Positions 12,461 to 27,809 are shown, numbered from the stretch's first letter. The stretch: 64,000 nucleotides of DNA from Chrysomallon squamiferum (GCA_012295275.1 CM022665.1:25854001-25918000), one strand, 5' to 3'. Numbers and translations: made by a program. The notes: generated by a model from the letters alone, not told the origin.

Positions 12461-13722
12461 GTGAGGCGCTGCATAGTTAGTTGTCATTTCACTGGATGTC
12501 ATGATTTCTGACTCTACAACTGTTTGCTGAGGTTCAGAAGAATCACGTTTAGCTGTCGCTGGTTCTATCACGTCTTCCTCCACAGGATCCTGATCTATAC
12601 AAGCAGCAGTAACTGATGCTCTGACATCCGGAATTTTTCTAGTACTAGGTGGAGACGGCGGTGGACTTTCCTGACTAGGCATAGATCTGTTGTGAGGTGT
12701 GAATTTAATTTTCTCGTTGCCAATTGAAATATTTCTTGTGTGATTTTCTGGAACGATTTCTTCTTCAACAACTTCACCTGTAGCTTCAGCCAGCCCACGT
12801 GGTGCACTGGACACTGTCTCTACAACCGCTGCGACAACAGAATCTTCTAAAACGACATCAGAATGAGGTGATACATTAATATCAAATTTTAAATTTTCGC
12901 CAGAAATGGAGCTGTTATTACTCGAGTTCTTCTTTCTCCTCTGTGGTTTTGTTGGTGATGGCAAAACGTGTTCTGCGTTTAATCCAGCGGTTCTCTCAGT
13001 CTGGATATCAACAGATACAGGACCATTGGTTAGAGCAGTTGATTCTCCAGATCCATTTAAGTCCAGCATCTTGTCCATTAAACTTGCAAACCGCATTACT
13101 TCAGTGCTGTCATATTTATTGGTTTTCGGATCTGCAAATGGACTACTTTCTTCTTCAGAAGTCTTACTAGGTAAAATGGTGGTTTCAGACGTTTTGTTTC
13201 CGTTAATTTCGATCTTAATATCCTGCAATCCAGCATCAGGAAAATCCATCATGTCTTTATCATCAGCATTGTGCACAATGACATCTGAAACCGTCATATT
13301 TACCCGACCTTCGTCTTTTTTTTCCTGATCATTATCGACGGCCACATCATTTCTACTTTTATCAAGCGACGAGTTACTGCTGCTTTTATTCTCCAGCAAA
13401 TCTGAAAAGTTATGAGTTAGAATATCGTGCATGGTTTTCTTTGGCGAATCTTTTCGGGTCTCCGGTTTCATCTCGCTCAGTGTTCTTTTAGGTCTGAAGA
13501 GTGGTTCTTTCCCGAATCTTTGCAAAGCGTCCAGTGATTGACTTCTGTACAATGGGTGAGTGAGATTCTCGTTTGTTTCGCTAGGCTTCGGTGAACTGAC
13601 AGTTGGCAGTTGTTTCTGCAATGTTATCTTGACGGGATACGGGGAAGCGTAACTCAAGATGGTTAGTGCATCTTCAAAAACAGTGTTCTTGAATGATATC
13701 GTGACGCTAAGAATTCTGTCAC
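12461..13722 (-). CDS. TM-PDZ gene exon 6 (second half of PDZ, GDRILSVTISFKNTVFEDALTILSYASPYPVKITLQK, then S/T/E/P-rich disordered region)
   Basis: TTTTGACAG acceptor, 1262 nt, phase 1 to 0, donor CAC|GTAAGA at 12460. Lies within ORF 12356..13729. Confidence 0.92.
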
Positions 13723-13804
13723 CTGTCAAAACAACGAGAAGATGTAAGTTACTTTTCCCTGTTTATTAATTTTGGCAGTTTATATAATAATAATAATAAT
13801 AATG

Positions 13805-13840
<36 letters not shown>

Positions 13841-13965
13841 GCAATAACAACAACATACAACAACAATAACCATTACGTCTACTGCTGCTCCTGCTACTAC
13901 TACTACTACAGTTGAACTAATACTCCTGAAGCTACTACTATTAAAGTAGTAATAATAATAATAAC

Positions 13966-14001
<36 letters not shown>

Positions 14002-14051
14002 CATTACAGTTTAATTCTGAAATGAAAATCGTAATATATTTAACAACGTAC

Positions 14052-14196
14052 CAACATTGACTTTTCCTGACTCTATAGCTGGTCCTCGGTTATGAACTTG
14101 ACTTACAAAGATGCCATCGCGCATATTGCCAGAAATATTGAAACCCAGACCGATGAAGTCCTGGCTCTGAAGCCAAACGCTTACGACATCTGGATC
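14052..14196 (-). CDS. TM-PDZ gene exon 5 (first half of PDZ: DPDVVSVWLQSQDFIGLGFNISGNMRDGIFVSQVHNRGPAIESGKVNVG)
   Basis: Poly-T plus CAG acceptor, 145 nt, phase 0 to 1, donor G|GTACGT. Contains the GLGF loop and GIFV strand. Absent from the ORF track. Confidence 0.92.
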
Positions 14197-15473
14197 CTGA
14201 AAAAAAAATATTAATAAATAATAATGCTTAGAATATGTTTATAATATGCATTGTAATGAAGATACCCATAGTTCCAAAAGCCAATATACTACTTATAATC
14301 GAATTATTAAAAAGATACGTTCCCCTTTACGCATTTTGTCTCCTATTGGAGAGATGGGGTATCATTTTTTTTTCTTGTTAAAAACAGTGATTTCGTTTTA
14401 AAAGTTTTTCCACCACAGATAAGTAATCGAAATGAAGCATCAACAGTCAGAAGTTCTGAATGTGCAACAGTGATAATATTTCAAATAAAAATTCATAAAT
14501 TTGATATCCCAGGAATATAACTTTTAAATCACAAACTGGTATATTTTGGATATATATATATATAATTTGAATTAGTCCTATTATAATATTATTAGAATTA
14601 AAATATGATAATAAAATAAAAGTAAAATAGAATTTAAAAAAATCCTATAATGAGTATAACAGGGCATTTATATATATATATATATAATAAAATCGTAGAA
14701 ATGTCTGATTCAGCTGTTATTGTATATTCCCTGTTCATACTGTGATTTATAACGGCATTAACTTGTACACCAAAACCAGTCACGGGGTTATTTGCTCGGC
14801 AACACACCAATCCCATGTCATACAAAACTTCAATATGAGCAATTGCTGTATGGAACTTAATCCTTGCTCGCTTTTAAGTGGAGTCCCGTTACGTTTATCC
14901 GTGGGTCACTTGATTTGGACTGCCCTTTGATCTCAGATCTTTTGTGTCCATTATGATTATTCATCTGACATCCCCTTCACACTTTATAAATACTTTTTTT
15001 TTATTTTTATTTTTTTTAAATCTGGAATGTTTTTCAGTTTAGTTGTTAAAATGTCACTGTACACGATGCATTTCTAAAAAGGAAATGCTAATGTCTTAAA
15101 ATCATTTCCATCTGGCCTGTCATGGATAGTTGATTGACAAGTCTTTTGTTAGATAACTAACGTAAATATACCGGCCGTAAACTGATACATTTGTAAATAG
15201 TGTTTTGTAAAAAAAAAAAAAAAAACATTCAGATCAAAGGCTTTAAAGGGCATATAATCGCCAATTTAACAAATGAACCGTAAAATCAAGGATGAATATT
15301 TCCGTTAACGATATTTGACACCAGTGTAAACTAAGTAATTTATAATCGTTTTCATAATATATCGCGGTTATTTTGGAATATACATATATTAAAAAAAGAT
15401 TAAATATTCAAAAAAACATGAAATATGTGAAAATCATTTCTTATAATGTTGAACGATATTGTTTTTAACTAAC

Positions 15474-15602
15474 TATATTGCTAAGAATGTTTTCATCCAG
15501 TGAACCCAGCGACCCCTGCCGCTGTATTCCGGGTATGTCCGACCTCGGCAGCGACGTCCATGTCTTCCTCTTGTCATCTTTAGACACCGGCGAGACAACT
15601 TT
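15474..15602 (-). CDS. TM-PDZ gene exon 4 (KVVSPVSKDDKRKTWTSLPRSDIPGIQRQGSLGSLDENILSNI)
   Basis: TTTTCACAG acceptor, 129 nt, phase 0 to 0, donor ATA|GTTAGT. Confidence 0.85.
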
Positions 15603-15876
15603 CTGTGAAAACAAAATGAGTGACGTAATAAATATAGTTAAAAAAAAACACACCAAAAAACAGTAAAATTAAAGCTTATTCCTATTAAGAAAAAAATAAA
15701 ATAAAATAATAATAATTATAATAATAATATCTTATATCCCTTTCATGTAACAAAGAACATAACTTCCCATACGGAGTTTTACATTTTTCGACTAATACCT
15801 CTCGTATATTATTTCACTCAATTTTGATAAGAATATCTTTGTTTTCGCTGTGTTTTTAATAATAAGTGTTACTGAC

Positions 15877-15929
15877 CTTCTGCGTTGGTAAAGAACCCAG
15901 ATCATTGCACTGCACGTATCCACCAAATC
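15877..15929 (-). CDS. TM-PDZ gene exon 3 (GFGGYVQCNDLGSLPTQK)
   Basis: TTTTGACTTTCAG acceptor, 53 nt, donor AAG|GTCAGT. Its phase 1 to 0 is exactly what is needed to join exons 2 and 4. Confidence 0.8.
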
Positions 15930-16058
15930 CTGAAAGTCAAAACAAAAATTTACTTTAAAAAATAGAATATTGTTAAAAATTTAAAATAGAATTTGGTTAC
16001 TGTGATTTGTGATACGTAGTCATTATACTTTGCAGCATCTACAATGGGATCTCGTTTC

Positions 16059-16089
<31 letters not shown>

Positions 16090-16161
16090 AAAATAAAAAA
16101 GTAAGAAAGAGGCGAAACCTTTGTTGTTATTATTATATCCTTTTTTATTAAAAGATTAACA

Positions 16162-16207
<46 letters not shown>

Positions 16208-19163
16208 CTTGAGACAACTTTTATAAATACCAACAACAAACAACAACATGTGTTAAGGATACCGTTTAAAACCGGTTCAACTGTACGGATTAATGAATTA
16301 TTTATTCACGTCGCATTATTCGACATTCCTTTGTATAATAAGCGGCGCCAGAAAACAAAGTTTTATATCGCCTCTGAGAATCAAAAATAACACTGAGTAA
16401 ACACACACAACAGGCAAATCAGTGTCTGTCCTCTCATGTATGTAACTCGTTTGGCAACTTTGAAATTCCAAGCATCGTATATGTCCAGTCTGTTTATTTA
16501 CGAAATTCCTCACTATTAAAATATCTTCGTTTCTTGGCTTCTTAAAACCCGATTCTTGCTTCATATAGTTAGTTCAACACAGGAAAACAGTAAACAGAGA
16601 AAACATTTACATATAGAGAGGAATTCGTAAAAACATAAGTATGTAAGGATATTATGTATAAAAGTAGGACTATGTAAAGATGTTTATGTATAGAAGTATG
16701 TAAAGATATTTTTTTACGACAGACGACCCCTATTATTCATTTGTTATCTTCACAAAACGTTCCGTCAGTGGAATGTGATAATTTTTTTTTTTTTTTTACT
16801 TATTTTTTTTATCTTGTGTCTTACGTTTAAACAAAGGATAAAGTAATAACAAACATCAGTACTTGAAACACAAACTTGCTGTTGGTCGCTATGGGTGGCC
16901 GTTTCGCTTTGTTTAACCTTCGGCTAATAGAAACGATTACTAGTACTCATGGTTAAGAATTTTGAAAAGAGAGCCAATCACTGCAGCGTTGTACGTAATA
17001 CCACATTTTCAGTTTTTATAATAGAGACGAGAGACTGGAATTGAAAATGAAAGGTTTGGTATATCAAGAAATACTCTCATCAGGAATTATTTTGATTTTG
17101 ATTTATTTATGTATTTATTTCTTACTATTATTATTTTATTTCACACACACACACACACGCACGCACGCACGCACGCACACAGTCCAGAGCGAAGAGTAAT
17201 TAATTGTCAGAATAACTGATCAAATGAAATATGGTGAAAAACAAACTCAGGCTTTGTTTTCTATGATACATGACAAAAATTAATAGCAAACATTTATATG
17301 TGTATATATATAAACAATAACATTTGCCCCAGAGTTCAGTACAACTTTTTTCAAGGAACTGTGTGTGAGTGTGTGTGTGTGTGTGTGGTGGGGTGGTGGT
17401 GTTTTTTTGTTGTTGTTTTTTTCATTTCAGCCATCTCTGATTCCTAGCAGAAAGTAAACATAGACCGGTGACAATTTAATGTCGGTATTTTACCTTGTTT
17501 GAAAACATCGTTACGTGTAAAGCGGAGACTGGTGTTTGAAGAAACGTTCACCCATTTATCAAACAGCTTATTTCATTTGATGTTCAACACCAGGTAAACA
17601 GAATAATGCCTAACTAGCGTAGCATCGTTCATTTGCTTGTCGGATCAAGCTTTTGAAGTCTTATACAATAAATGTTAATGGAACGATCTCCTGAATTATT
17701 AACTTAATTGCTTGGGATGGATATGTATCTTTGTATGTGTCTGCGTGCATGTATTTATGTATGTGTGTATGTGTGTGTGTGTGTTGTCTGTGAGAGTTTG
17801 CGTGTGTCTACGTGCATGTATGTATGTGTATGTGTGTCTTTTTCTGTGAGGATTTGCGTGTGTGTGTAAGCGTGTCTTTCCAAAAAGAAAGGAATACGAT
17901 AAATTCATAATTATTATTAAAAAATTTTACCCGTAAAACCTTTAAAGTTTAAAGTTTTTTCTTTTATTATTATTATTGTTGTTGTTGTTGTTGTTGTTAT
18001 TGTTGTTACTGATATTGTTACTTTATTGTTATTATTATTAATTAATTAATTTGTTTATCATGTTGTTGCAAAATATTTACGCAGTTGTAAATATATAAAG
18101 GGAAGTACTTTTTCTTAATTACAACGCTAAATTGTAATATTTAAGTTCAGTCGTAACATAATCAACAATCGATTTACTGAAAACAAAATCTTCACGTAAG
18201 CAGGCTGACACATGCGTAAAGTACATCCATAATGATTAAAGTATATTGTTAATCCCTAGATATAGCCAGAACGGTAACCTGATAATCACAGACATTGCAG
18301 ATCTCTATAAGTACAAAGTAGCTTTAGTGCGGAATCGTGTTTTTCTGTCTAATTTCTACGTGATCAGTTAATTTCGATTCAAAGAGTAGCTGCAGGCATA
18401 AATACAAGAAATTAAATGAAATTATATATATACATACACACACATATACATATAAATAGAAAAAACAACTGAAAAAGTAATATTGTCAAATTGCTAGTAG
18501 TTACTTTCATCTTTTTGGGGGTTTTGTTTTGTTTTTACTGTTTTCTTTTTTCTTTTCACTTTTTCATTTTTTTTTTCTCCCATATATCAGTCAACTGATT
18601 CAGATAAACTTAAGTATTTTTATCCAATGTAGCAGTCTACAATTTCCTTTTCTGACTAATGCTCCGCAATTACAAATACATACATACATACATACATACA
18701 TACATACATACATACATACACAAACACGAATTTATTTACACGACAATTTGTATTGTTGGCTGTGGACGGTACAGTGCGTTTACTTTCAAAACTCTTGACC
18801 TGTGATTATATTCGTAAACATATAATCACTGCTGATTATACAGTACGGCAAGATACGTCCAAATAACATTGCTTTTCCTTTAATTCGACGTAAAGGTCGG
18901 GTTCTTCGGTCGTTTGATATCAAACAGTTTTCTAGTCGAGACTTTTGGAGGCCAAGGGGTGACGACGTGACTATGAACAAATTCCTTACAGAGGTAAAAG
19001 AAGTGGCGCGTGACTGCAAATCAGTACGTAGAAGATAATCTATAAACAAAATCAAACGACGGCTTCGGGGTATTTGTATTACAACTCTACTGCCAGAAGT
19101 GGAAGTGAAAGGAATGTTTTGATAACGTCGACACTTTAATACATTGTTTAATCAGCGGGTCAG

Positions 19164-19167
<4 letters not shown>

Positions 19168-19243
<76 letters not shown>
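19168..19243. repeat. (GA)n microsatellite
   Basis: Perfect dinucleotide run. Confidence 0.95.
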
Positions 19244-19245
<2 letters not shown>

Positions 19246-21292
19246 ATGGCCTTGATTAATCAAAGGATCTTATAGTTAACGGATACAACAATTGATGTAT
19301 GCTTTTTTATGATAATTTTCTTTCTCTGTTCGAACATTACTATATAGTCTTCTGAAACCATAGTTACTGAACACCATTAAGAAAAATACATTAATGAAAA
19401 ATAACTTGTTAATACTGCACGTAAGATCCTGCACGGTGTTTGCTGTGGTGCACCGAGAAATCGTTTAGATGTATGAAGTCACCGAAGACGGATTAGCAAA
19501 TTCTGCGCTCTACATCGGCTACAATACATTTTGTCTGAATGGGTGCATCCGCCTGACTCTTGGCGGTCTTGCGAGAGCAGCGAACCACGTACACTCAGAC
19601 CGTAAAGGTCCCATTGTTGTCCAGACATGAATGTTTCAAATCACAAGTTAATAAAAAGCTAATTTCGCCTTTTCTGAAAATGATTTTTGGTTTGAAGTGT
19701 TCACTTTGACTCAGTAGCACGCCTGAACTGATTTCGTGAATTATGTTAGTCATTATGCTGCGTGACAAGTTGGTCTTCTCGTCTTTCTTGACATGTCAAT
19801 GGAAACTGTAGAATAGCATGACAGAAAGAAAAAAATAGTCGCGGAATGTTGTTGAGCCTTGAAGGCTACAAACCTGTAAAAAAATTGTATTGTAAGTCAT
19901 GAAGTGGCCAGTTTTCACATGAAAAATGCTGTGCGATGCTTTACTTTTTTTCTTTTTTCTTTCACGAAAATGTCTTTTTGTTACAGAAATAGTTAATAAT
20001 TTTGATAATCCTTTGAAAACTGTTTTTTCGTGTGTTTGTTTGTTTGTTCTTTTATTATTATTATTATTTTAATAAATGTTACACATAAACATATAATTAA
20101 TATATAAAATATCCATATATGTATAGATCATGCAAGAATTAAGTCGAGTTTATTGATGCTTTCTGTTCCAATGCTAGACCATCCATCAAATATTTCCAAG
20201 AGTAAAAAAACAATATATTAAATAACTACAAGCTATAGACATATATATAATTATAAACTAAGCCATTCAGCATTCTCAGTTTAGATACAATGGAAAAGTC
20301 GTAGCTAAATGTCAGAAGGGTCGCTTTGAAGTATGAAGGAATCTGGGATCGATGCTCCATTATCCTATTACAGTTCTGCTGCCACTACCTACTACTGTTA
20401 GCACTATTATATTACGACCAGCATCACCATTTCAACAGTTACTTCTCGAGAATAAAAATATTTAAAATTTCAGCAGCCGATTATTAGACCAGTATTTAAC
20501 CTCTTATTTGATGTTGTAGAAGAAATTAATTTTTTATTTCCTTTTAGCGACAAGCTGTGGTATTGCATCAGTGTTAGATAAGAAAGTTAATTGTGTTTGG
20601 AATGGAGTCATACTGACCATTAATTTAGCTGCAGCAACAGACGGTGTTTGATGAAGTACTCACGCATGATAATGCTATTATTTCTAACTCGATCTGTGTT
20701 CGTTAGGCCATGATTACTAATATATGTTTACCGTTCGAGATATTTTGAAAAGCGGTGGTGTTATTCATTATAAAATTGTGCAGGAAACTGTAACGTCGCA
20801 GAAAGTAATTAGACCAAGACCATGAAATACACGAAAAACAGTCTGAATGGACAGTGAGATGAATTTTATCATTTTAACTGAAAATAAAACTACAAGTACA
20901 TGAATTTTGAAATTTTTACATATAAATATTTTTGGGAGGTGGATAGTTGTAATTATGCACAGATTAGGAAGTTCAGACTTCCTCAACGCAAACATGGATT
21001 TCGAAAAACACATATTTTATCTCGGTGGATCTGGAAATATATTAATATGAAAAACATAGTCCCACAAGAATAGACGCTTTCTAAATAAAATATATTCTTT
21101 ATTGATTTTAGTGAAAGAAAACATAGAATTTTTTTTTCTTATGATATATATATGAATTAGAGAAAACATTGCGTGACTGTTATAGGAATAGACGTCAATA
21201 ACATTTTTAAAAAAGCCTTTTCTTCTTCTTCTTTTATTTTTTTATATTTTATTTTATTTTATTAACAGTATGCAGTGTGTGCCAGTTTTTCC

Positions 21293-21347
<55 letters not shown>

Positions 21348-24214
21348 TTTATTTTGCAATAACATTTTATTTGTTTTGTTGTTTTTAGTTTCATTATATA
21401 TATATATTTACATCAAGTAATGTAAATCCTATTATCTGTATTGTGGTTCATTCAGCCAGAAGTGACAGGACGTGACGGTTATGTGTTGTGGGTATGATCA
21501 GAACACCGTGGCAAGTGGCAGCTTAGGCTGTACGCTCGACAGGGAGTAGAGGAGTGTTTAGAATAGAAAAAAGGTCTGAATCAGGAAAAAATAAACTGTG
21601 CACTTTCAGAATGAATTAGGCATGGAATTTTGCGCTATATATGTGTCCTATAATAAGAACAAATATTATATTTGAAAATCCGTACAATAAGAAACAGTAA
21701 ACTTTGAAAGGACCTAGTCGAAATATTTCCTCTAACGTCAACTGAGTATCCGTGCGTACTCACCTAGTTAATTATTTATATGGTGCGCAATCCTTCATCG
21801 AGATATACATCCACATGCAGCATTCACGTCGAATGCGTATTATCATAATAATAACTGGAATGTAGTTTTGTATGATATTTGTCCTATACTTCGAGACATA
21901 TATTAATCTGGTACTAATTATCATGTGGATACGTATATATATATATATACAGATTTTTGTTTATCAGATCTAATTACTTAGTCAGTAAAACGCATTCACA
22001 CTTCCAAATATTTTTAAATCTGGTGTTAAATATCAGGAAGATATGTATTTATACTACATTTATAATAACACAGAAAGGCGTTTGTTAGCTCTAGCTGCAT
22101 ATTCTGTCAAATGTATTCATACTTCGAGATAGGTATTAATTTGATATTAATTCACATTTATTCATTCGCTTCTAGTAACATATTTAATCATTCGTATTCA
22201 TACATCGAAGTATTTGATATGCATATTCAGCTTAAGCTGCATATTCTCTTAATACGTTCGATTACGTAGACATATCGTTTATTTTACACTATTTATCATG
22301 TATTTATATGATATTTATTCTAAACAATTCTCCAGTTAAGTGTTGTCATACCTTGCTGCGTACTAGTTTTACTGTAATACAAATTATTACGCGAGGATGT
22401 GCATTCATCTGATACAAAGTGATAAGATGACATTTATTGTAACTACGAAGTATCTATTCACTCGGTACGGTGTCTTCACCTTGAGATGATAGGCTATTCA
22501 AACTGCTTAATGTGTCACTGGGTGGTCGACTATTCCACATCTCACTGGATGTTCCACTTTCTGACGTAACAACAAACAAATCTTTGTCAGACAAGATATT
22601 CCAATTATACTTGTAAAAGCCTCAAAAAGCTGTCATCTTCTTGTCGGATTATTCATACATAGCCTGCGTTTGTTTCAGAAAGCCGTTCTTGGATAGTTAA
22701 CCTTCAAACATGAACGATCAGTCTTCGTCTTTCGAAATCATACATGTTTCAGATGTTTGTAACAAGTTTTGCTTGCATGTCGCGTGTACATAGAATGTCA
22801 CTTGAGTTACTAATGGGGTCAGGTTTACATAGTCACGGAACATGGAAATGAATTACAGTAAACACGCGTAACAGATCCGTTTCGTCGTGTGGTGTATTTA
22901 TCTTTAAATAAAATCTAAAATGTGGTTTATATCTGAAGTTATAAAGAGTATTTTGCTTGGTAATTTTCAACTTAGCTCTGTTATTATTTTTTGGTTTTAG
23001 ATAATGCATGCATAAACTCTACATACAAATATACATGCATACATACACACATACACACATACACATACATACACACACACATACATACATACATACATAA
23101 TGACGACGATGATGATATAAGTTTTGGAAACTGGCATACAAATGTAGATTTATTTCTTCATAATCTAGATGGATATGAAGATGATAATAAAAATGCAATT
23201 CAGACTTATGATACATTTGTTTGTTTTTCTCTCGTTCTCTCGCTCTCTTTGTATTCCTCTCTTCTTCCTTCAGTCGATCCCTTCATTTATCCGTTTCCCT
23301 CCCTCCTATCTTTTCTGTCATTCATATATATATATATATATATACTATGTATTACACATGCATACATATATTCATACACTGGCCTAACTAAATATTAAAA
23401 CGCAATTATTTTAATATATATATATACACATATATATTATTACATATATATTAATGTTAACAATATTTTATTTACTTTGACATAACCATTGTACTGAGCT
23501 TGACCTACGTTGAATTATCTATTAAAGGAACAATCCGTGAAAAGCCGAAGGAATGATATTATTCCGTTTCTCGCATAAAGGCCTCATTTTCTTTTGTACA
23601 TAAAATGTCAGTCAAGCATGTCGCTATTAAATTCATCTGATAACACGAGAGAGTGTAGCCCCGGGGCCCATCCCATTCAGAAACGGGACATAATCCCGTG
23701 CAGAAATCACTGCTTTACACTTGGGACGGTGGTTGTTTTGCGCTGCACTGTGGGGGCCTTGGCGTTTTTCCTACCAAGCACTGTTTAAACCGACAAAACA
23801 ATATACATGCATCATTTATCTCTGAGAATGTGTGGAATGTTTAAACCCATGAACCAGACCGCTTTCTGTGAAGACACATTTTCATCCAGTGTTTACGGTC
23901 GTATTAAAAGTAATTTTTAAGCACCACGGGATACATTTATTGAAAATTTAAAATCATTTTGTATTGTAAAACATCTCCATAAAAACGATGCTTGAGTGAA
24001 GACGAATTTTCCACTCCCGTTCTTTGATATTTTTTTATTTATTTATTTATTTTTTTTTTTTTAATATCTTAATTAAAATTTCTTTTATATTATTTTGTTA
24101 CTGAAATTTGAAAACTCTTTGCGTTGTAGTGCATTTGGATAGAGATAATGTTAAACTGATTCTTCGGTTCTGTTCTTCGTATTTGTAATTAAAATTTCTC
24201 ATATTTTTAAATAA

Positions 24215-24268
<54 letters not shown>

Positions 24269-25154
24269 CATCATTATTTATTTATTTGATATTATTAATT
24301 AATTTTTTTTTTTTTTATTATTATTATTATTTTTTTTTTGTGGAGAGGTTGTTTTATAAAATAAATAAATATATAAATTCATGTCTGTCAACTGATGATT
24401 TTTAAACTGTTACATTCTCTAGACACTTTAAAGAATAAACAGATGTTCCATTACATTTTGTTTCCGTTTTATTAATCAACTTAGTTATTTATTTTAAAAA
24501 ATGTAGACAGACAGACAGACAAACGAGTAGATGGATGGATGGATAGATTTACAAGCTAAAGAGAGATCGGATAGAAAATATGTACCCTGAAAAGACAGAT
24601 AATAATTAGATAAATATATTTTTATTATTTTTTATTTTACCTATCTTACTCGCTGACTTACAGATGACTGTAAAATGCAAAGCTTCATGTGTCGCAAAAT
24701 CGATCGTTCTTTGGATTCAGAGTAAACTTTTTTCATATCCTCCGACTGCTACTACTACGATTACTGCTTCTGCTGCTGCAACTACTACTACTGCTGCAAC
24801 TACTACTTCTGCTATTAGTACTATTAATAAAATGCTTTTTATATAATTTGATGGACTGCTAATCAGGCGACTCCACGAAAGCGTGCATTACTTTACTGTG
24901 CTGTTTTCATAAGCCTGGCATCTTGCCATCAATGTTGGCCAATTGCTGCATTATAACGTTAGAAACATTCCCATAAGTAGTTTGTACTAACGACAGTATT
25001 GTGAATGTGAACGATATGTGAATAGTATACTGTAACTGAATGAATGAAAGGCCAGCTTTTCCCAGTAATGCCAACATTACGCCATAAATCAATATACCTC
25101 TGTTATAAGAAAATAAACAAGTCACGGATAATAATAATGATGATGATGATGATG

Positions 25155-25197
<43 letters not shown>

Positions 25198-25657
25198 GTA
25201 CTATAGGAAAAAATTAAGGAAAAGAAAAGATGAAAGGAAAACAGAAAAGCTAGAACAAGGGAGGATAAATCTACATACATTTCTGTACATTACTGTTACT
25301 CTACATTTAAAAGGAACGGTCGATACAAAATATTGACAACGAACGTGTGTGAATACGTAACAAACAGTCCAAGATAACTCGAGATGAAAGAGAATGACAA
25401 AGCTCTGATCAATGGGATGTCAGTGTAAACGTTTTCAATCAATCAGTGATAATGTATGGATAATAAAAAACATTTTAGATGTTGTTTTTTTTTTCTTTCT
25501 TTCTACGTTCATTTTCAGAAGAACGTGGATCGTTTAGGGAGAGTAGGCAAAACGGCGGGCTAAGTAGGGTTATCAGGAACGCTCCAGAATGACTGACTGC
25601 ATCACGAAAAATAATATTTGAAACTGAAACAATTTAAAATTGTAAATAATTTGTTAC

Positions 25658-25789
25658 CTTGTTCCATGGCGGTGGCAGCGTCTGCGTGGCTGTCGTTGAA
25701 AGCGGGGTTGACGTGACCTTCGTGTTCTGGAGACGGCGCATCTTCAGTTAATCCAACCTTGCGAGTTTTCTTTGGTGTGTTCAGAAATG
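25658..25789 (-). CDS. TM-PDZ gene exon 2 (AFLNTPKKTRKVGLTEDAPSPEHEGHVNPAFNDSHADAATAMEQ)
   Basis: TTTTCTTCCAG acceptor, 132 nt, phase 1 to 1, donor AAG|GTAACA. GC-richer than its flanks. Confidence 0.85.
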
Positions 25790-26183
25790 CTGGAAGAAAA
25801 TGGAGTAAATAAATAAATCTTGTTAAAAGTAATAACTGAAAAAAAAAAAAAAAACGATTATGACGATTATGATAAACACAAGAATAAGACAAAAAGGAAA
25901 AACATTTAAGGTCTGTTTGGAATCACTCTTGTTTATTTATTTTTTAACTTTTGAAGATATTAGGTATTCCAGTACTATGACAGTTGTCTAGATCTGTCAA
26001 CAATAACCCTAAAACTGAATTTCGTCTAGGTTCCCTGTCATTCCATTTGCAGTCGATTGTTTCTCGGTCTTTCTCTAAATTTGATTAAATCTCTATTTAC
26101 AATCATTTTAAAATAAATAATAATTTGGTAACCTCTAATTATGATTCTGCTGGGTAATAAATTACTATCTAGAATTAAGGACG

Positions 26184-26219
<36 letters not shown>

Positions 26220-27689
26220 GATCGTATGTATTTTAAGTAAATCAGTATTAAAGAAGAAAGCAATACCCCATGCAGGTGTTGTGTGATGAAAAATACCGTA
26301 CACTTAATAATAGATGCGCCAGTGCTAAATGTATTTACACTTGGGCTTTACGTCAGCCCGCAATCACAAGATAACATTTGAAATACGAGCTGGCTAAATC
26401 TAATTAATTATTTTGTCAGTGATTAGAAACGCCGCATGCTGGGAATGCTGACAGTGATAGTAAATATGTGGTAATTAAAATAGTAGGTTTTTTTCTTTTC
26501 TTTCTTTCTTTTTTCGATCTCTGTACAGTGCATGTGTATGTATGTGTATAATGTATTCCATGTATTTTAAGTATATGAATATGTGTGTGCATGTGTGTAT
26601 ATGTTTGTGTGCATGCGCTTGTATTTACATCACAAAACGTAACGTGCTGTGAAATTTCTCCAGTTCCAACCAAGTTATTTCTTCGTTATTTAATAACATC
26701 ACTGATCTCATTTTAATAGTGACGTAACTATCACTTTGCATAAGCATAACTGAGAATGTTTAAGGATCATATTAAGTTCAAAAAGGTCAAATATGACTTA
26801 GACACATTAACTAAACATTTGCATACTGCACATAAATATTTCACATTACAGTAATTCATATATGTCTACATTCACCACACAGGTTGCTCCTATCAAGTTT
26901 ATCTAGCTTTGAAAAAAAAAAATGAAAAAAGACGATTGAATCAGTAAATATTTGTATAGGGATATCACTGTACTGCATCCTGTATGTTTATTTTCATTAT
27001 ACACGTTTTGTTGTCGACCGAGTTTGTTCACAGCGAGTTATCTCTTGCTAAACAAGAGCTCTTCTGTGTTTTGAAGAAAAAAAAAAAAAGTCAATTATAT
27101 CGTGTGCTGATCGCTCTAGCGTTAAGTATGTCGATGTATTCCGCAGGGTTACGTAGATCTACGAAACATTTTTCCATTGCTGGAATAATTAGCGAAGCCA
27201 CAATACTGACTTTACTTTGATTATACGCTGATAATCAATAAAAACTATAAATTTTATTTATGTGCTGTCGTTCAAACACATAGTTAATGTATAATGTACC
27301 GACTTTGTTTTCTGATTTAAATATTATAGTTTTTATTTTCTGAATTTTACAGGAAACAGCAAACTAGAAAATGAAGAAAATATTTGTAACAAAAACAACA
27401 TCGACCACCACCGCCATCACAACAACATTAATAATAATAGAGAATATGATGTGGATGTTACAATATACCGCAGGGTATATAATGATATAAGTTCTATTTG
27501 AATAATGTGAATACGTTTCACAAACAAAAACAAAAATGAATTAATTTATTTGCTTGTACTCAGTTAACTGATAACAACATAAAATAAAATTCGATAAAAT
27601 AAAATATTAAAAAATGCTCATAGCTGTTGGTTAGAAAAACACATTTTATCAAGTACATCTAACGATATCAGATGCATGATATTAGTTTT

Positions 27690-27809
<120 letters not shown>

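Noticed and set aside
11333-13328. + strand ORFs (11333, 11434, 11561, 12906, 12943)
   Set aside because: Antisense shadows of PDZ-gene exons 6-7.
18840-19620. GC-richer patches in intron 2 as exons or TE coding remnants
   Set aside because: No convincing splice-site pair or recognisable protein motif in any frame examined.
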